From positions 896,001 through 960,000 of the forward strand of contig JAVJNR010000004.1 in the NCBI GenBank assembly GCA_040217195.1: a DNA stretch of 64,000 bases. Direction: 5' to 3'. Position 1 is the stretch's first letter. Every line of letters starts with the position of its first letter. This document shows, in pieces, positions 10,440-20,303 of this stretch. This stretch comes from Leptospiraceae bacterium. GTDB taxonomy: Bacteria; Spirochaetota; Leptospiria; Leptospirales; Leptonemataceae. Position numbers and translations under genes: made by a program. The notes under the pieces are model-generated. The model saw only the letters and a program-made list of their open reading frames with translations. It had not been told where the DNA came from and did no database searches.

Positions 10440-11432
10440 GTGAAGGTTTCTTATTCTCCGCATGAATTGCATGCGAACCAACGCAAAATGAACCACTATC
10501 AACAACCGACGCTGGATAAGAATTTCTTTGAAGGTCTTCCTGTAGGCATTCTAATTTGCGGCCGGGACGGCCGGATTCGCGAGAGCAATTCCGTAATAAG
10601 TCATATTTTTGGGTACTCCGCCGAAGAGCTGAAAGGCCAGCCACTGTCCATGCTCCTTGCAGACTCCATCCGAAATATGCATGAAAGGCTGGTAGATAGC
10701 TTTTTTGAGCATCCCACCAGCAAACTCATGGAAAATGGACGAGTACTCACCGGAAAACACAGAGATGGAACTGAACTATACCTTAATATTGGCCTTTCCT
10801 TTCGCAGGCATGGAAACGACATCGAGGCCATCGCATCCGTAAGCAATGTAACAAAACGGATTGAGGCAGAACGAAAAAGCGAAAGAGACCGAAACTTGCT
10901 AAATGAGATTCGCGAGCTGATGCTTCTCCACCTCAAGGATCCGGATTCGAACGAAATATATTACAGAATGCTATCTACGTTTCTTCGGTACTCGAATAGT
11001 CCAATGGGCTTCATAGGAGAACTGGTCACGACCAAAGATAAGTTGTCCATTCGAGCCATCACGGACATCTCCTGGGATGATTGGTCCAAAGAATGGCTGC
11101 AGGGAGTTGAAAATGGAAATTCCATGTTTGAAAGAATGGAAAGCCTGTACGGAACGGCCATCCGAACCGGCCAACCTGTGATCGCAAACGAGGGAATCGC
11201 GGATCATCGCTCCAGTGGCCTTCTGCCAGAGGGGCATAACCCAATTGAACGATTTATCGGAGTGCCTTTGACCTACCAGGGTCGTACCATAGCCATAGCC
11301 GCTGCAGCGAATAGCAGTCATCCCTACTCAGAGGATCTACTGCATGACATGAAAGCGTTGACTGAGGCAATGGCCGGAATTATGCCGGTCGACAGGACCG
11401 TCGCAAATCCCTGGAATCCAGAAATGAGTTGA
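10440..11432 (+). CDS. PAS-GAF sensor; probably the N-terminal half of a frameshifted hybrid kinase
   Basis: PAS (FGYSAEELKGQPLSML...GKHRDG) then GAF (TGQPVIAN...PEGH.PIERFIGVPL). Start may be ATG 10488. Confidence 0.8.
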   Translation: MKVSYSPHELHANQRKMNHYQQPTLDKNFFEGLPVGILICGRDGRIRESNSVISHIFGYSAEELKGQPLSMLLADSIRNMHERLVDSFFEHPTSKLMENGRVLTGKHRDGTELYLNIGLSFRRHGNDIEAIASVSNVTKRIEAERKSERDRNLLNEIRELMLLHLKDPDSNEIYYRMLSTFLRYSNSPMGFIGELVTTKDKLSIRAITDISWDDWSKEWLQGVENGNSMFERMESLYGTAIRTGQPVIANEGIADHRSSGLLPEGHNPIERFIGVPLTYQGRTIAIAAAANSSHPYSEDLLHDMKALTEAMAGIMPVDRTVANPWNPEMS

Positions 11433-12985
11433 TAGCACAGGAAAGGCGATTTCGCTCTCTGGTGGAAAATGCACGAGACCTGATCGGTGTTTTCGATATG
11501 AATAACCGGTTGCAGTATTCGACTCCGGCACAACAGGCATTGCTGGGGTTCAGCCATGATGACCTGGTGGGCCTGGATGCATCGCAATTAGTCCATCCCG
11601 ATGACAGGCCGCGGGTGGAAAGGTTTCTTGAACAATTAATCAGTGGTGATCCAATACCTCCGGATATCAGATACCGGTACCAGCATAAAGACGGCACCTA
11701 CCGAATCCTGGAAGGGACCTTTCGCATAGACTATGATATGGCAGAGGAACCTATGATTGTAGTCAATGCCAAAGATATCACAGAACTGGAATACTATCAG
11801 ACCTCCCTGTTGCGAACAGTGGCCAACCTGCAAAGTGAATCAGCTGCCAAAAACCGGTTCATGGCCAAGCTGAGTCATGAAATTCGCACGCCTCTAAATG
11901 CCATTCTGGGACTTACAGATCTGCTTCTGCGAGAAAATATGGATGCAGAGCATGAGCAATTGTTGAAGGTAATACATTCATCCGGCGACACATTGTTGCG
12001 ATTGCTCAATGATTTACTCGAGGCTACCCAACTTGAAACCGAAGAGCTAAATCTTCGCATGGAACCGCTGCGACTGAAAGATACGCTGGAGCATACACTT
12101 CTAGCCTATCAATACAATGCCCTTAGATATAATTGCAAGTTCGAATTTGAAATCTCCGAAGAACTACCAGCCCGGGCCATAGGGGATGCAGGTAGAATCA
12201 AACAAATGGTTACCAACCTGGTCTCCAATGCCATCAAATACGCTGAAGGAGGCTACATACTGGTTGGTGTTGAGCCTGTACCATCCAGGCGAAATGATCA
12301 TATTCGTTTAAGAATGTGTATTTCAGACACAGGGCCAGGTGTTCCGGCCAACGAGCAGGAAAATATATTCCGGATATTCTCAAGAGTCAGACGCCCGGGG
12401 GACGATGTGGTTCCGGGCGTAGGCCTGGGGCTATATATTGTACACCAGCTCACCGGAAAAATGGACGGATCGGTAAACGTGGTTTCACCTTCCAGGTTTC
12501 TCAGAGAAGAATATCCTGAATGCGTGGGAACCGATTTCATTCTGGAGCTGGAGTTAAGAAAATCTGCTGAAGGTCCTGACATTGACGATGAGTCGGCGCC
12601 CGAGGAACCCAGATTCGAAGAAATACCAAGGATTCTAGTAGCAGAGGAAAATCCATCCAATCAGATTCTAATGGAGCGAATGCTGGCAGATATGAATTGC
12701 TCGGTTAGAATTGTACCCGATGGAGATACGGCCTGCAAGCAGGCCACCTCGGAACACTATGATTTAATCATTCTGGATATAAATATGCCGGGGCTTAACG
12801 GTTTCGAGGCTGCAAGAGTAATCCGGAGCGCCAACTCAGATGTACCCATTATTGCACTTTCTGCAGCTGCCGAAGACCCTAGCGAAGAAAAGCTGCACGC
12901 AGCCGGAATGACCCTTTACCTGGTCAAACCTGTGTGGCAAACCAGTCTTTACAAAGTGATCCGGGAACTCACCGGAAAGCACTGA
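11429..12985 (+). CDS. PAS-HisKA-HATPase-REC hybrid histidine kinase (C-terminal half)
   Basis: PAS, LSHEIRTPLN, NLVSNAIKY, DTGPG, GVGLGL and receiver ILDINMP. Frame stays open upstream to 11366. Confidence 0.88.
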   Translation: MIAQERRFRSLVENARDLIGVFDMNNRLQYSTPAQQALLGFSHDDLVGLDASQLVHPDDRPRVERFLEQLISGDPIPPDIRYRYQHKDGTYRILEGTFRIDYDMAEEPMIVVNAKDITELEYYQTSLLRTVANLQSESAAKNRFMAKLSHEIRTPLNAILGLTDLLLRENMDAEHEQLLKVIHSSGDTLLRLLNDLLEATQLETEELNLRMEPLRLKDTLEHTLLAYQYNALRYNCKFEFEISEELPARAIGDAGRIKQMVTNLVSNAIKYAEGGYILVGVEPVPSRRNDHIRLRMCISDTGPGVPANEQENIFRIFSRVRRPGDDVVPGVGLGLYIVHQLTGKMDGSVNVVSPSRFLREEYPECVGTDFILELELRKSAEGPDIDDESAPEEPRFEEIPRILVAEENPSNQILMERMLADMNCSVRIVPDGDTACKQATSEHYDLIILDINMPGLNGFEAARVIRSANSDVPIIALSAAAEDPSEEKLHAAGMTLYLVKPVWQTSLYKVIRELTGKH

Positions 12986-13053
12986 TGAAAAGAACAGGCA
13001 GAAATTAAATTTCTTTTTGCCGCCCATGACCTAATCTGGAGTCCTAATACAAT

Positions 13054-15636
13054 ATGGCTCTCAGGCGCTCAAGCTTGCTCATTTTTGCACTGGGCCTCTT
13101 TTCATTGTTCCTCACCTGCGATCGAAATCCATCGCACCGACCCAGGGCCAGTCAAGGTAGTATCGATTTTTCCGGGTACTCTTTTTCGGACTCGGGGCCG
13201 GTAGAGCTACGTGGCGAATGGATTTTCGTATGGAATGAATTACCAGACGTAGGTTCGCTGCCGGACTTTCTCAGACATTTTGCCCGAGGTTCCGACCAGA
13301 CGCCAGGCACAGTTACCTATATGGAGCTCCCGGGACGATGGAATGGGCAGTCCACCGGAGAATCCAGAGCATCGGCAACTGGCTTCGCCACTTATTTACT
13401 GCGATTCGAAGGACTGAGTTCCAGCGATATGGAAAGGTTGGCCTTTCGCATGAAGGATGCGCTTACCGCTTACAAAGTTTACATTGTGGAAGATGGACAG
13501 GAGCATGGGCCCGTAATGAGCAATGGAGTAGTAGGCACTTCCGTAGAAAGCTCCGTTCCGCAGCACCTACCACTTGTTTCTCCATTACCATCCGAGCTTT
13601 CCAGTGGATGGATTGTGTGGCAGATTTCCAATTTCCATGACGGAATAGGTGGCCCCATCTATCCGCTAATTCTGGGTACAGAAAAGGATCTTCTGAAGCA
13701 AAGAGAAAACAAGAGGTCCCGGGATTTTCTTGTTCTGGGTGTACTGCTTGTTATGTCCCTGTATCATTTTGCACTCTTCGCACAGAGGCAGGAAGACCGG
13801 GCCAGTCTCTGGTTTGCCATTTTCAACGCCACAATCACTCTACGAATGCTTCTGACTGAAAAATACATCCAGGGTTGGTTTCCGGAACCCGACGAACAGG
13901 CTTTCGAATGGATGATGAAGTTCGATTATGGGACTGCATTTATCGCGGTGCCGGTTTTCTTTGCCTTTCTGCAGAGTGTATTTTTCTGGAGACCATCTGT
14001 ATACCTGCAAAAGCCAGTCTGGATTGTAGCATCTCTATTTCTGTTATCTCTATCGTTTCCTCAAAGAGTGTACGGACCCTACTCTACTTACTATTTCGTA
14101 TGGGCATTATTTTTGTGTATCTGGATGATGGTGGCCATCCTTCTTGCGGTGCGCAACCGAGAGATGGGAGCCAGCGCAAGTTTTGCAGGTCTTCTCGCTT
14201 TACTGGGGGGCGGGATTAACGATGCCCTTCTTGCAGACGGATTAATATCCAGCACCTATCTACTGCCCTATGCATTTATCTTCTTTGTAATTGCTCAGAG
14301 CTACATACTGGTTCGCAGGTTCACCCATGCCTATCATACTGCGGAGCATCTGTCCGAGCATCTGCAGAGGGAAGTGGCTCATCAAACAAGTGAGCTGGAA
14401 GGTCAGAATCAGAAGCTGGCAGAAATCACAAGACAACGCACTCTATTCTTTCAGAATATTTCGCATGAGCTTCGCACCCCGTTGACATTGATTTTCGGTC
14501 TTCTTGAAAGTGTTTCCCAGGGTGAGTACGGATCTATTTCGGAACAGTTAAAACGACCGGTTGCATCTATGCAGAAGAATGCAAGGCAGTTGTTGCGTTT
14601 AATCAACCAGTTACTGGACCTTTCTCGCATCGAAGCCGGGCAGGTAAGACTGAACCTGGAAGCAGTAAATGTGAGTCGACTGCTTCAGGAAATGACCGAT
14701 TCCTACTATGAAACAGCCCGTAGAAAATCTATAGATCTAAAGACCAGTATTGCCCCGGATCTATTCGCCTCTGCAGATCCGGAAAAGCTGGAAAAGGTAT
14801 TCTATAATCTCATGTCCAATGCAATGAAGTTCACTCCTTCGCATGGAGAGGTTAATGTGGATTTGTATCAGGACCAGGATAGACTCATTATCTCTATTTC
14901 CGATTCGGGACCGGGTATCAATGATCTGGATCGGGAAAGAATTTTTCAAAGATTCTTTCAGGTGCAGGGTCCGCGAATCCAATTTCAGGAAGGCACCGGT
15001 ATAGGACTGTCCATTGTTAAAGAGTTCGTGGAGCTACATGGAGGCTCCCTGGATCTTGAATCCAACCCGGACAGGGGATCCAAATTTACTGTATCAATGC
15101 AGAGCCTCATCCCGGATTCAGAGCTGAAGGAATCCAGCTACAGGCTCAGTCTGTATCGTGGGGATCAAGAGTTCGAATATCTAGAACGGGAAGTGGCCGA
15201 AAAATCAACCCGGGATACGGGAGCAGAACCTGAAGAGCCCAAAGCCACGATCCTGGTAGTTGAAGACAGCGAGGACATGCGAAACTTCATTTCCCATGTT
15301 CTGGGAGCCAAATACAGAATCATTCTTGCAGAGAACGGGCAGCAGGGTCTGGAAATGACGAGAATGCATAAGCCGGATCTGCTTCTAAGCGATATTATGA
15401 TGCCAGTACTGGACGGGCCGGCTATGATTGCAGAGATTAAATCCGACCAGAGTTTAAAGCACATCCCCTGCGCCTTGCTTTCAGCGCGGCTGGATATAGA
15501 AAATGATACTGGAACAGAATCTGACCTGGCGGATTTCTTCCTGGCAAAACCATTTCAGCCAGTGGAACTGCGGGAGGCGGTGGCAAGCTTCCTGAATTCG
15601 ATACCGGATTCGGGCATTCTGAATTCCCGGGACTAA
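13054..15636 (+). CDS. 7TM-DISM hybrid histidine kinase/response regulator
   Basis: Periplasmic domain, 7 TM helices, ISHELRTPL, NLMSNAMKF, GTGIGL and REC LSDIMMP. Confidence 0.92.
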   Translation: MALRRSSLLIFALGLFSLFLTCDRNPSHRPRASQGSIDFSGYSFSDSGPVELRGEWIFVWNELPDVGSLPDFLRHFARGSDQTPGTVTYMELPGRWNGQSTGESRASATGFATYLLRFEGLSSSDMERLAFRMKDALTAYKVYIVEDGQEHGPVMSNGVVGTSVESSVPQHLPLVSPLPSELSSGWIVWQISNFHDGIGGPIYPLILGTEKDLLKQRENKRSRDFLVLGVLLVMSLYHFALFAQRQEDRASLWFAIFNATITLRMLLTEKYIQGWFPEPDEQAFEWMMKFDYGTAFIAVPVFFAFLQSVFFWRPSVYLQKPVWIVASLFLLSLSFPQRVYGPYSTYYFVWALFLCIWMMVAILLAVRNREMGASASFAGLLALLGGGINDALLADGLISSTYLLPYAFIFFVIAQSYILVRRFTHAYHTAEHLSEHLQREVAHQTSELEGQNQKLAEITRQRTLFFQNISHELRTPLTLIFGLLESVSQGEYGSISEQLKRPVASMQKNARQLLRLINQLLDLSRIEAGQVRLNLEAVNVSRLLQEMTDSYYETARRKSIDLKTSIAPDLFASADPEKLEKVFYNLMSNAMKFTPSHGEVNVDLYQDQDRLIISISDSGPGINDLDRERIFQRFFQVQGPRIQFQEGTGIGLSIVKEFVELHGGSLDLESNPDRGSKFTVSMQSLIPDSELKESSYRLSLYRGDQEFEYLEREVAEKSTRDTGAEPEEPKATILVVEDSEDMRNFISHVLGAKYRIILAENGQQGLEMTRMHKPDLLLSDIMMPVLDGPAMIAEIKSDQSLKHIPCALLSARLDIENDTGTESDLADFFLAKPFQPVELREAVASFLNSIPDSGILNSRD

Positions 15637-15732
15637 GGGTTTCGTCTCCTCAACCACCAGGGGGTTCTGGATCAATCTCGGAATAGTCAATAGATCCAGA
15701 GCCGTATGAAGCCTCCGATCTGAATTTCAGAC

Positions 15733-15933
15733 TCAGGACTCTACTAGTTCCTGAGAAATTCCCTCCAGCGCTGCCGCAATTTGCTCTAGATGCTGATAAG
15801 AAGTGGCTGAGCTCTCTGAACGGAGGTCCGAACGAATGGCTCCGATGGTATCTTCAATAAAAGAAAGAATTCCATACACTGGTTCCTGACGGGCTATTAG
15901 ATCCCGAATAAGTTTGATATTCTGTTCGTACAT
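15733..15933 (-). CDS. small hypothetical helical protein
   Basis: Track ORF 15733-15990; ATG (MYEQNIK) near 15933 is the likelier start; amphipathic helices. Confidence 0.55.
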   Translation of the reverse strand: MYEQNIKLIRDLIARQEPVYGILSFIEDTIGAIRSDLRSESSATSYQHLEQIAAALEGISQELVES

Positions 15934-16126
15934 ATTCTTGAAAGTCCTTACTGATTCCGGGTATTGTGAGGAAGCAGCCCAGAAACGCAATTTCTTTCTG
16001 ATATAAAAGGAGTATACAATCTAATACAAAGGCATTATCCGCTGAGCCGTTTCAGCGAGAGTTAGCGGGGATGGTCTGGAGCAAAGCACCTCTGGCTGCG
16101 AATATGTCCCATATTCTACACAGAAG

Positions 16127-16153
16127 GAGCCCCCCGGTTGCGGTAGGGGGCTC
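16127..16153 (-). terminator. intrinsic terminator hairpin after the 16154-16375 gene
   Basis: GAGCCCCC/GGGGGCTC 8-bp stem directly after the stop codon; weak U-tract. Confidence 0.6.
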
Positions 16154-16375
16154 TTATTGCTGACTCAGACGAATTATATTCTCTCGCTGCAGCTCGCTTA
16201 CCTGGCCCTGGAATTTACTATCTTCTCTCACAACCTCGCCCTGGAAGGCCTCCAGCAGGTATTGATCGAAGCTCTTTTCCGAATTCGCTGTGGAAGGTGC
16301 ATCAACACCTTGCCCGGCAAGTGGCTCTCTCTTCTTTTTCTGATACAGTGGGCTTTCTAGTTTTCTTACAATCAT
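16154..16375 (-). CDS. small hypothetical protein
   Basis: 73 aa, strong GAGGAGG RBS, own terminator. Confidence 0.75.
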   Translation of the reverse strand: MIVRKLESPLYQKKKREPLAGQGVDAPSTANSEKSFDQYLLEAFQGEVVREDSKFQGQVSELQRENIIRLSQQ

Positions 16376-16780
16376 TTTCAGCCTCCTCTCTCTCCTATCA
16401 TTTGACGGATTTTATGCCAAATAGTTTATGTCCCATTATGGTGCATAGCACAAAAAACCCGGTCATAATACCATGTTATTGTCTCTTTGAAATTTAGTCA
16501 ATACTGAACAAAAGTCAAGCTGTTTTCGATCCCCGCAACCCGGATGTCCTTCAACTGAGCCTTTCGCCTTCAGTGCAACCTTCATTCTGTAATCACTATA
16601 ATACCGGACCGTGACATATTTCTGGATGTTGCCTCATTTTTTACATTTTTTCTAGAGCTCGGTTTTCTCCCCATTTTCTACCGATTCGCAAACCGCTCCT
16701 GTGAAAAGAGCGTCAATTCCTGGGCGCTCCTGAGGATAGGATTGGAGGGTTTCTTCTTTAAAGCCGAAGATATACATGAG

Positions 16781-18004
16781 ATGAAAAAAGTCTGGATTCT
16801 CTGCCTGGCCCTATTTCTTGCCAGCCTGCCTGCCCTGAAGTCCGAGGAAACCGGTGAGCCATCCGGAAGCCCTCGAAAGGCTTTTATTGTTCGGGCCCAT
16901 GTGATTTCCGTGGGACCGGAATCTGCCGTCGTTGAAGTGAGAGGCAAAGCCAGAGAAGACCTGGCCTCAACTACAGATAGTCAGGTGGAACAGTATTTCT
17001 TGAATAAGGAATGGTCCCTGCGTAACGGCAATGGAGCGGAGATCGGACGATTTCTTTGTACCAGGGTGCTGGTAACCGGCGGCGGCTATCGATTATTTGG
17101 ACTGCATAGAAGCACGGGATTAAGTCCTGGTCCGCTTTACATGGGTATTCAACTAGGTGAGGAAGTGAGCTATCAGCCCTACAGGCCGCCGGTGGACTAT
17201 AGGCTTCCCCAGCCTGATATCAAAACATCTCTAAAACATCCGGTGGATGGAAAGTCCATGCACTACATCCCGGAGGACCTGCTTGTGTATGGCCAGGGCT
17301 ACGACTCATCCAGGTCCAACTACAATCCATTCTTTTTCCACAGATCGGAGGCCAGAATGCCTCGAATCCATGGTTTCTATATGGACCGAACGGAAGTAAC
17401 CAATGCAGAGTACTTCCGATTTTGCCAGAAAGCAGGCCATCCACTGCCGGCTTCCTGGAAAGAAAGGGGCAGCTATCCGCCAGGAACGGCTGACCTGGCC
17501 TTCAGCGAAGCCAGCTATTCCGATGCTCGGGCCTATGCAAGATGGGCCGGCAAACGTCTGCCCACGGAGTTGGAATGGGAACTGGCAGCTCGAGGAGGTC
17601 TCAGCGTGCTAATCGATGATAGTGGACCTTCCAGCTTGAATAATCGTCCCAGAGACTATCCTATGGGCCCCTATGATCAGGACAAATGCAATACCAAAGA
17701 GCGATGGTCCGGTTCTCCGAGACTGCTTCCGGCCGAATCCTTGCAGGATGCCAGCCCGTACGGAATCATCGGAATGTGCGGCAATGCACCGGAATGGACC
17801 TCCAGCTACTATGAACCGTATCCTGGACATCGATTCCAGAAGGGTAACTCCAGAGACTACAGCGGGCATCTATTTCATGTAATTCGTGGAGGTGCCTATT
17901 ACCTGCCCTCGGAGATGGCACGCACCGATGCACGACATCCAGCAGGATACCCATCCCCCTCATCAGACGCAAAGGCGGGGATTCGTCTGGTAATGGATCC
18001 ATGA
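16781..18004 (+). CDS. exported formylglycine-generating-enzyme (SUMF1/FGE-sulfatase) domain protein
   Basis: MDRTEVTNAEY, KRLPTELEWELAARG, GMCGNAPEWT and IRGGAY motifs; signal peptide from ATG 16781. Confidence 0.88.
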   Translation: MKKVWILCLALFLASLPALKSEETGEPSGSPRKAFIVRAHVISVGPESAVVEVRGKAREDLASTTDSQVEQYFLNKEWSLRNGNGAEIGRFLCTRVLVTGGGYRLFGLHRSTGLSPGPLYMGIQLGEEVSYQPYRPPVDYRLPQPDIKTSLKHPVDGKSMHYIPEDLLVYGQGYDSSRSNYNPFFFHRSEARMPRIHGFYMDRTEVTNAEYFRFCQKAGHPLPASWKERGSYPPGTADLAFSEASYSDARAYARWAGKRLPTELEWELAARGGLSVLIDDSGPSSLNNRPRDYPMGPYDQDKCNTKERWSGSPRLLPAESLQDASPYGIIGMCGNAPEWTSSYYEPYPGHRFQKGNSRDYSGHLFHVIRGGAYYLPSEMARTDARHPAGYPSPSSDAKAGIRLVMDP

Positions 18005-18053
18005 ATTCTATAGAAACGCTGGACCTTGAGCCAGAGGGTGTTTCCATATTCCG

Positions 18054-18407
18054 GTGCGCATTTACCATACTTTACTTTCCCTGCTATTAACGGTGGCCGC
18101 TGTATTGCAGTGGAATGATCCAGACCCATTTTTCTGGATGTCCATGTATCTCATCCCAGCAGCACTTTCCGCCGGCGAAGCCTACCGGTGGTTAAATGAA
18201 AGGATTTTTCTTCGATTTCGAAGTGTTATCTGGCCAGTAATTTGCCTTGCAACTCTGTTCTATGGACTGAGTCAATTTCCAGGTCTTAAGCCACAGTGGT
18301 ACAACGATGAGGTTATCAGAGAAAGCGGAGGATTATTCTTGATTGCACTACATGCACTGATTTCCTACTGGTCGGTTCGAAACTCTGCGAATAAGAATCA
18401 GGATTAA
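18054..18407 (+). CDS. transmembrane protein 220-family protein
   Basis: AAVLQWNDPDP..W...Y and RESGGL motifs. Confidence 0.8.
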   Translation: MRIYHTLLSLLLTVAAVLQWNDPDPFFWMSMYLIPAALSAGEAYRWLNERIFLRFRSVIWPVICLATLFYGLSQFPGLKPQWYNDEVIRESGGLFLIALHALISYWSVRNSANKNQD

Positions 18408-18412
18408 ATTTT

Positions 18413-20059
18413 ATGGCATACAATACATCCAGCTCATCCAGGAAAATCCTGGGAATCATAGAACTCAAAGGTAGAAAGGCGGCGCTAACCCCTCCAGGAT
18501 ATACTCCCAATCTGGACTATCCGTTCCGATTAATATCCATACTGGCGCTTCTGACCAGCCCTGTGGTCGGGTATTTCACTCATTGGTGGATTACCCCGGC
18601 GATGATTGCATCCGCCGCCTTTCTCTTTGGAATTCGCGAAATTTTTATTCAGGATGACCATGCCATTGTTCGCATCTATGGTCCGCTGGGCCGGTTAAGA
18701 TATTTGTTCGAAAGGGAGCTTCGAGACAAATATCTACAGTATTTCAACGAGACCAATACAAGTGGCCGGCCCATTCCCCGGATTGTCAGGGATTATGTGT
18801 ATCAAAAATCCAAAGGGATTAAACCCATGTCCAGCTTTGGTACAGAACTGGATCCATACGATGAGGAAACCACTACAGGCTGCCGGGTGTTGCACAGAAA
18901 CTTTCCTGGATCCATTGGTCAGCCCGGATACGAAGTGATTGTAGGCGAAAAGCGAAAGGGAGTAAAACCCTTTCATGTGCGTAACGTTGTCAATGTTTCG
19001 GCCATGAGCTATGGTTCCATTAACTACAAGGCAGCCGAATCGCTTAGCGTGGGCTCCCGGGGGGTAGCGTATGTAAATACCGGCGAAGGCGGATACGGCC
19101 CCCATGGAGTTGCGGGCAATGATGTAGTGTTTCAGATTGGGACAGCAAAATACGGAGTGGGAGATGCTATACAGCAGAACAATGGCCAGGTTACTAGAGT
19201 ACTGAACTATCAGGTTCTTAAAGAGCTGATTTCAAACCATGCAAACATTGGAATGATACAGCTAAAGATTTCCCAGGGAGCCAAGCCCGGCCTGGGAGGC
19301 CACCTACCGGGAGACAAGGTAACACCGGAGATTGCAGCGGTGCGTAGAATTCCGGCCCATAAGACATCCATTAGCCCCTCCCAGCATGCAGAGATTCAAT
19401 CCGCCAGTTCCCGGGAGACAGTGGCAAAGCTGATGGATTTCATAGACTCCATACGGAAAGCTACGGAATTGCCTGTGGGCCTCAAAATGTGCCTGGGTAA
19501 TCCGGAAGAAGTGGAACTATTATGCCAGGCCATGAAAAAGACCGGCAAAGGGCCCGATGCCATTCAGCTGGATGGCTCGGATGGAGGTACCGGTGCAGGC
19601 CCCAATCTATTTATGAACTACGTGGGCTATGGAAGTGCCATCGAAAGCTGCGCTCTATTGCATCGCAGGTTAACTCAACTTAAGATCCGCGATCAAGTTG
19701 TAATCAGCGTTTCCGGGCGAATCTTCACTCCAATACATGCAGCCCTGGCATTTGCTTCCGGGGCAGAAATCATTGATAGTGCCAGAGGACCCATGCTGGC
19801 CCTGGGTTGCATTCAATCTCTGAAGTGCCATACAAATCACTGCCCCACAGGAATTGCAACGAATCAGCCATGGAGAGTTAGAGGTCTGGATATTCCGGAA
19901 AAATCCACCAGGGTTTACCATTTCTTAACTGGATTTCACCAGGATATGATGGATATTACAAGAATAACAGGCCACCTGGATCCAAGAGATATCCGACCTT
20001 CGGATTTGCGTTTAATTCGGGGCCAGTATGCGAATATGGAAGAGTATTTTCAAGTTTGA
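18413..20059 (+). CDS. FMN-binding glutamate synthase family protein
   Basis: SAMSYGS, NTGEGG, KISQGAKPG.GG.LP, DGSDGGTGA, GCIQSLKCHTNHCPTGIAT Fe-S motif; N-terminal TM. Confidence 0.92.
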   Translation: MAYNTSSSSRKILGIIELKGRKAALTPPGYTPNLDYPFRLISILALLTSPVVGYFTHWWITPAMIASAAFLFGIREIFIQDDHAIVRIYGPLGRLRYLFERELRDKYLQYFNETNTSGRPIPRIVRDYVYQKSKGIKPMSSFGTELDPYDEETTTGCRVLHRNFPGSIGQPGYEVIVGEKRKGVKPFHVRNVVNVSAMSYGSINYKAAESLSVGSRGVAYVNTGEGGYGPHGVAGNDVVFQIGTAKYGVGDAIQQNNGQVTRVLNYQVLKELISNHANIGMIQLKISQGAKPGLGGHLPGDKVTPEIAAVRRIPAHKTSISPSQHAEIQSASSRETVAKLMDFIDSIRKATELPVGLKMCLGNPEEVELLCQAMKKTGKGPDAIQLDGSDGGTGAGPNLFMNYVGYGSAIESCALLHRRLTQLKIRDQVVISVSGRIFTPIHAALAFASGAEIIDSARGPMLALGCIQSLKCHTNHCPTGIATNQPWRVRGLDIPEKSTRVYHFLTGFHQDMMDITRITGHLDPRDIRPSDLRLIRGQYANMEEYFQV

Positions 20060-20181
20060 TGGAAACCAGAGATAGGCTGCGGTGAGCCCGTTCAATTGAA
20101 ATCCGGGGACAGACACCGGGATGGAATCGGTAAACTAAGACTGATTTCGGTCAGCTCTATTGAAAGGTAGTGCAAGAATTC

Positions 20182-20218
20182 ATGCTGATCATTCGATAAT
20201 TTATGCTGATCATTCGAT
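20182..20218. repeat. perfect 16-bp direct repeat ATGCTGATCATTCGAT, period 21 bp
   Basis: Copies at 20182-20197 and 20203-20218 in a convergent intergenic region. Confidence 0.85.
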
Positions 20219-20303
20219 CTATCATCTTGCCCGGTCAAATACAGGTCACTTCTTTGAATTCCAGGGATACTTCGAATTGCCGGCGGTTCCGGCGACAGAA
20301 AGT

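Noticed and set aside
15950..15985. GGAAGCAGCC resembling the SRP (4.5S) RNA domain IV
   Set aside because: The upstream CAGG-GNRA half and the long enclosing stem are missing.
16400..16430. Possible sigma-28 promoter (TAAA-N15-TCCGTCAA) on the minus strand
   Set aside because: The -10 element has three mismatches to GCCGATAA, too weak to call.
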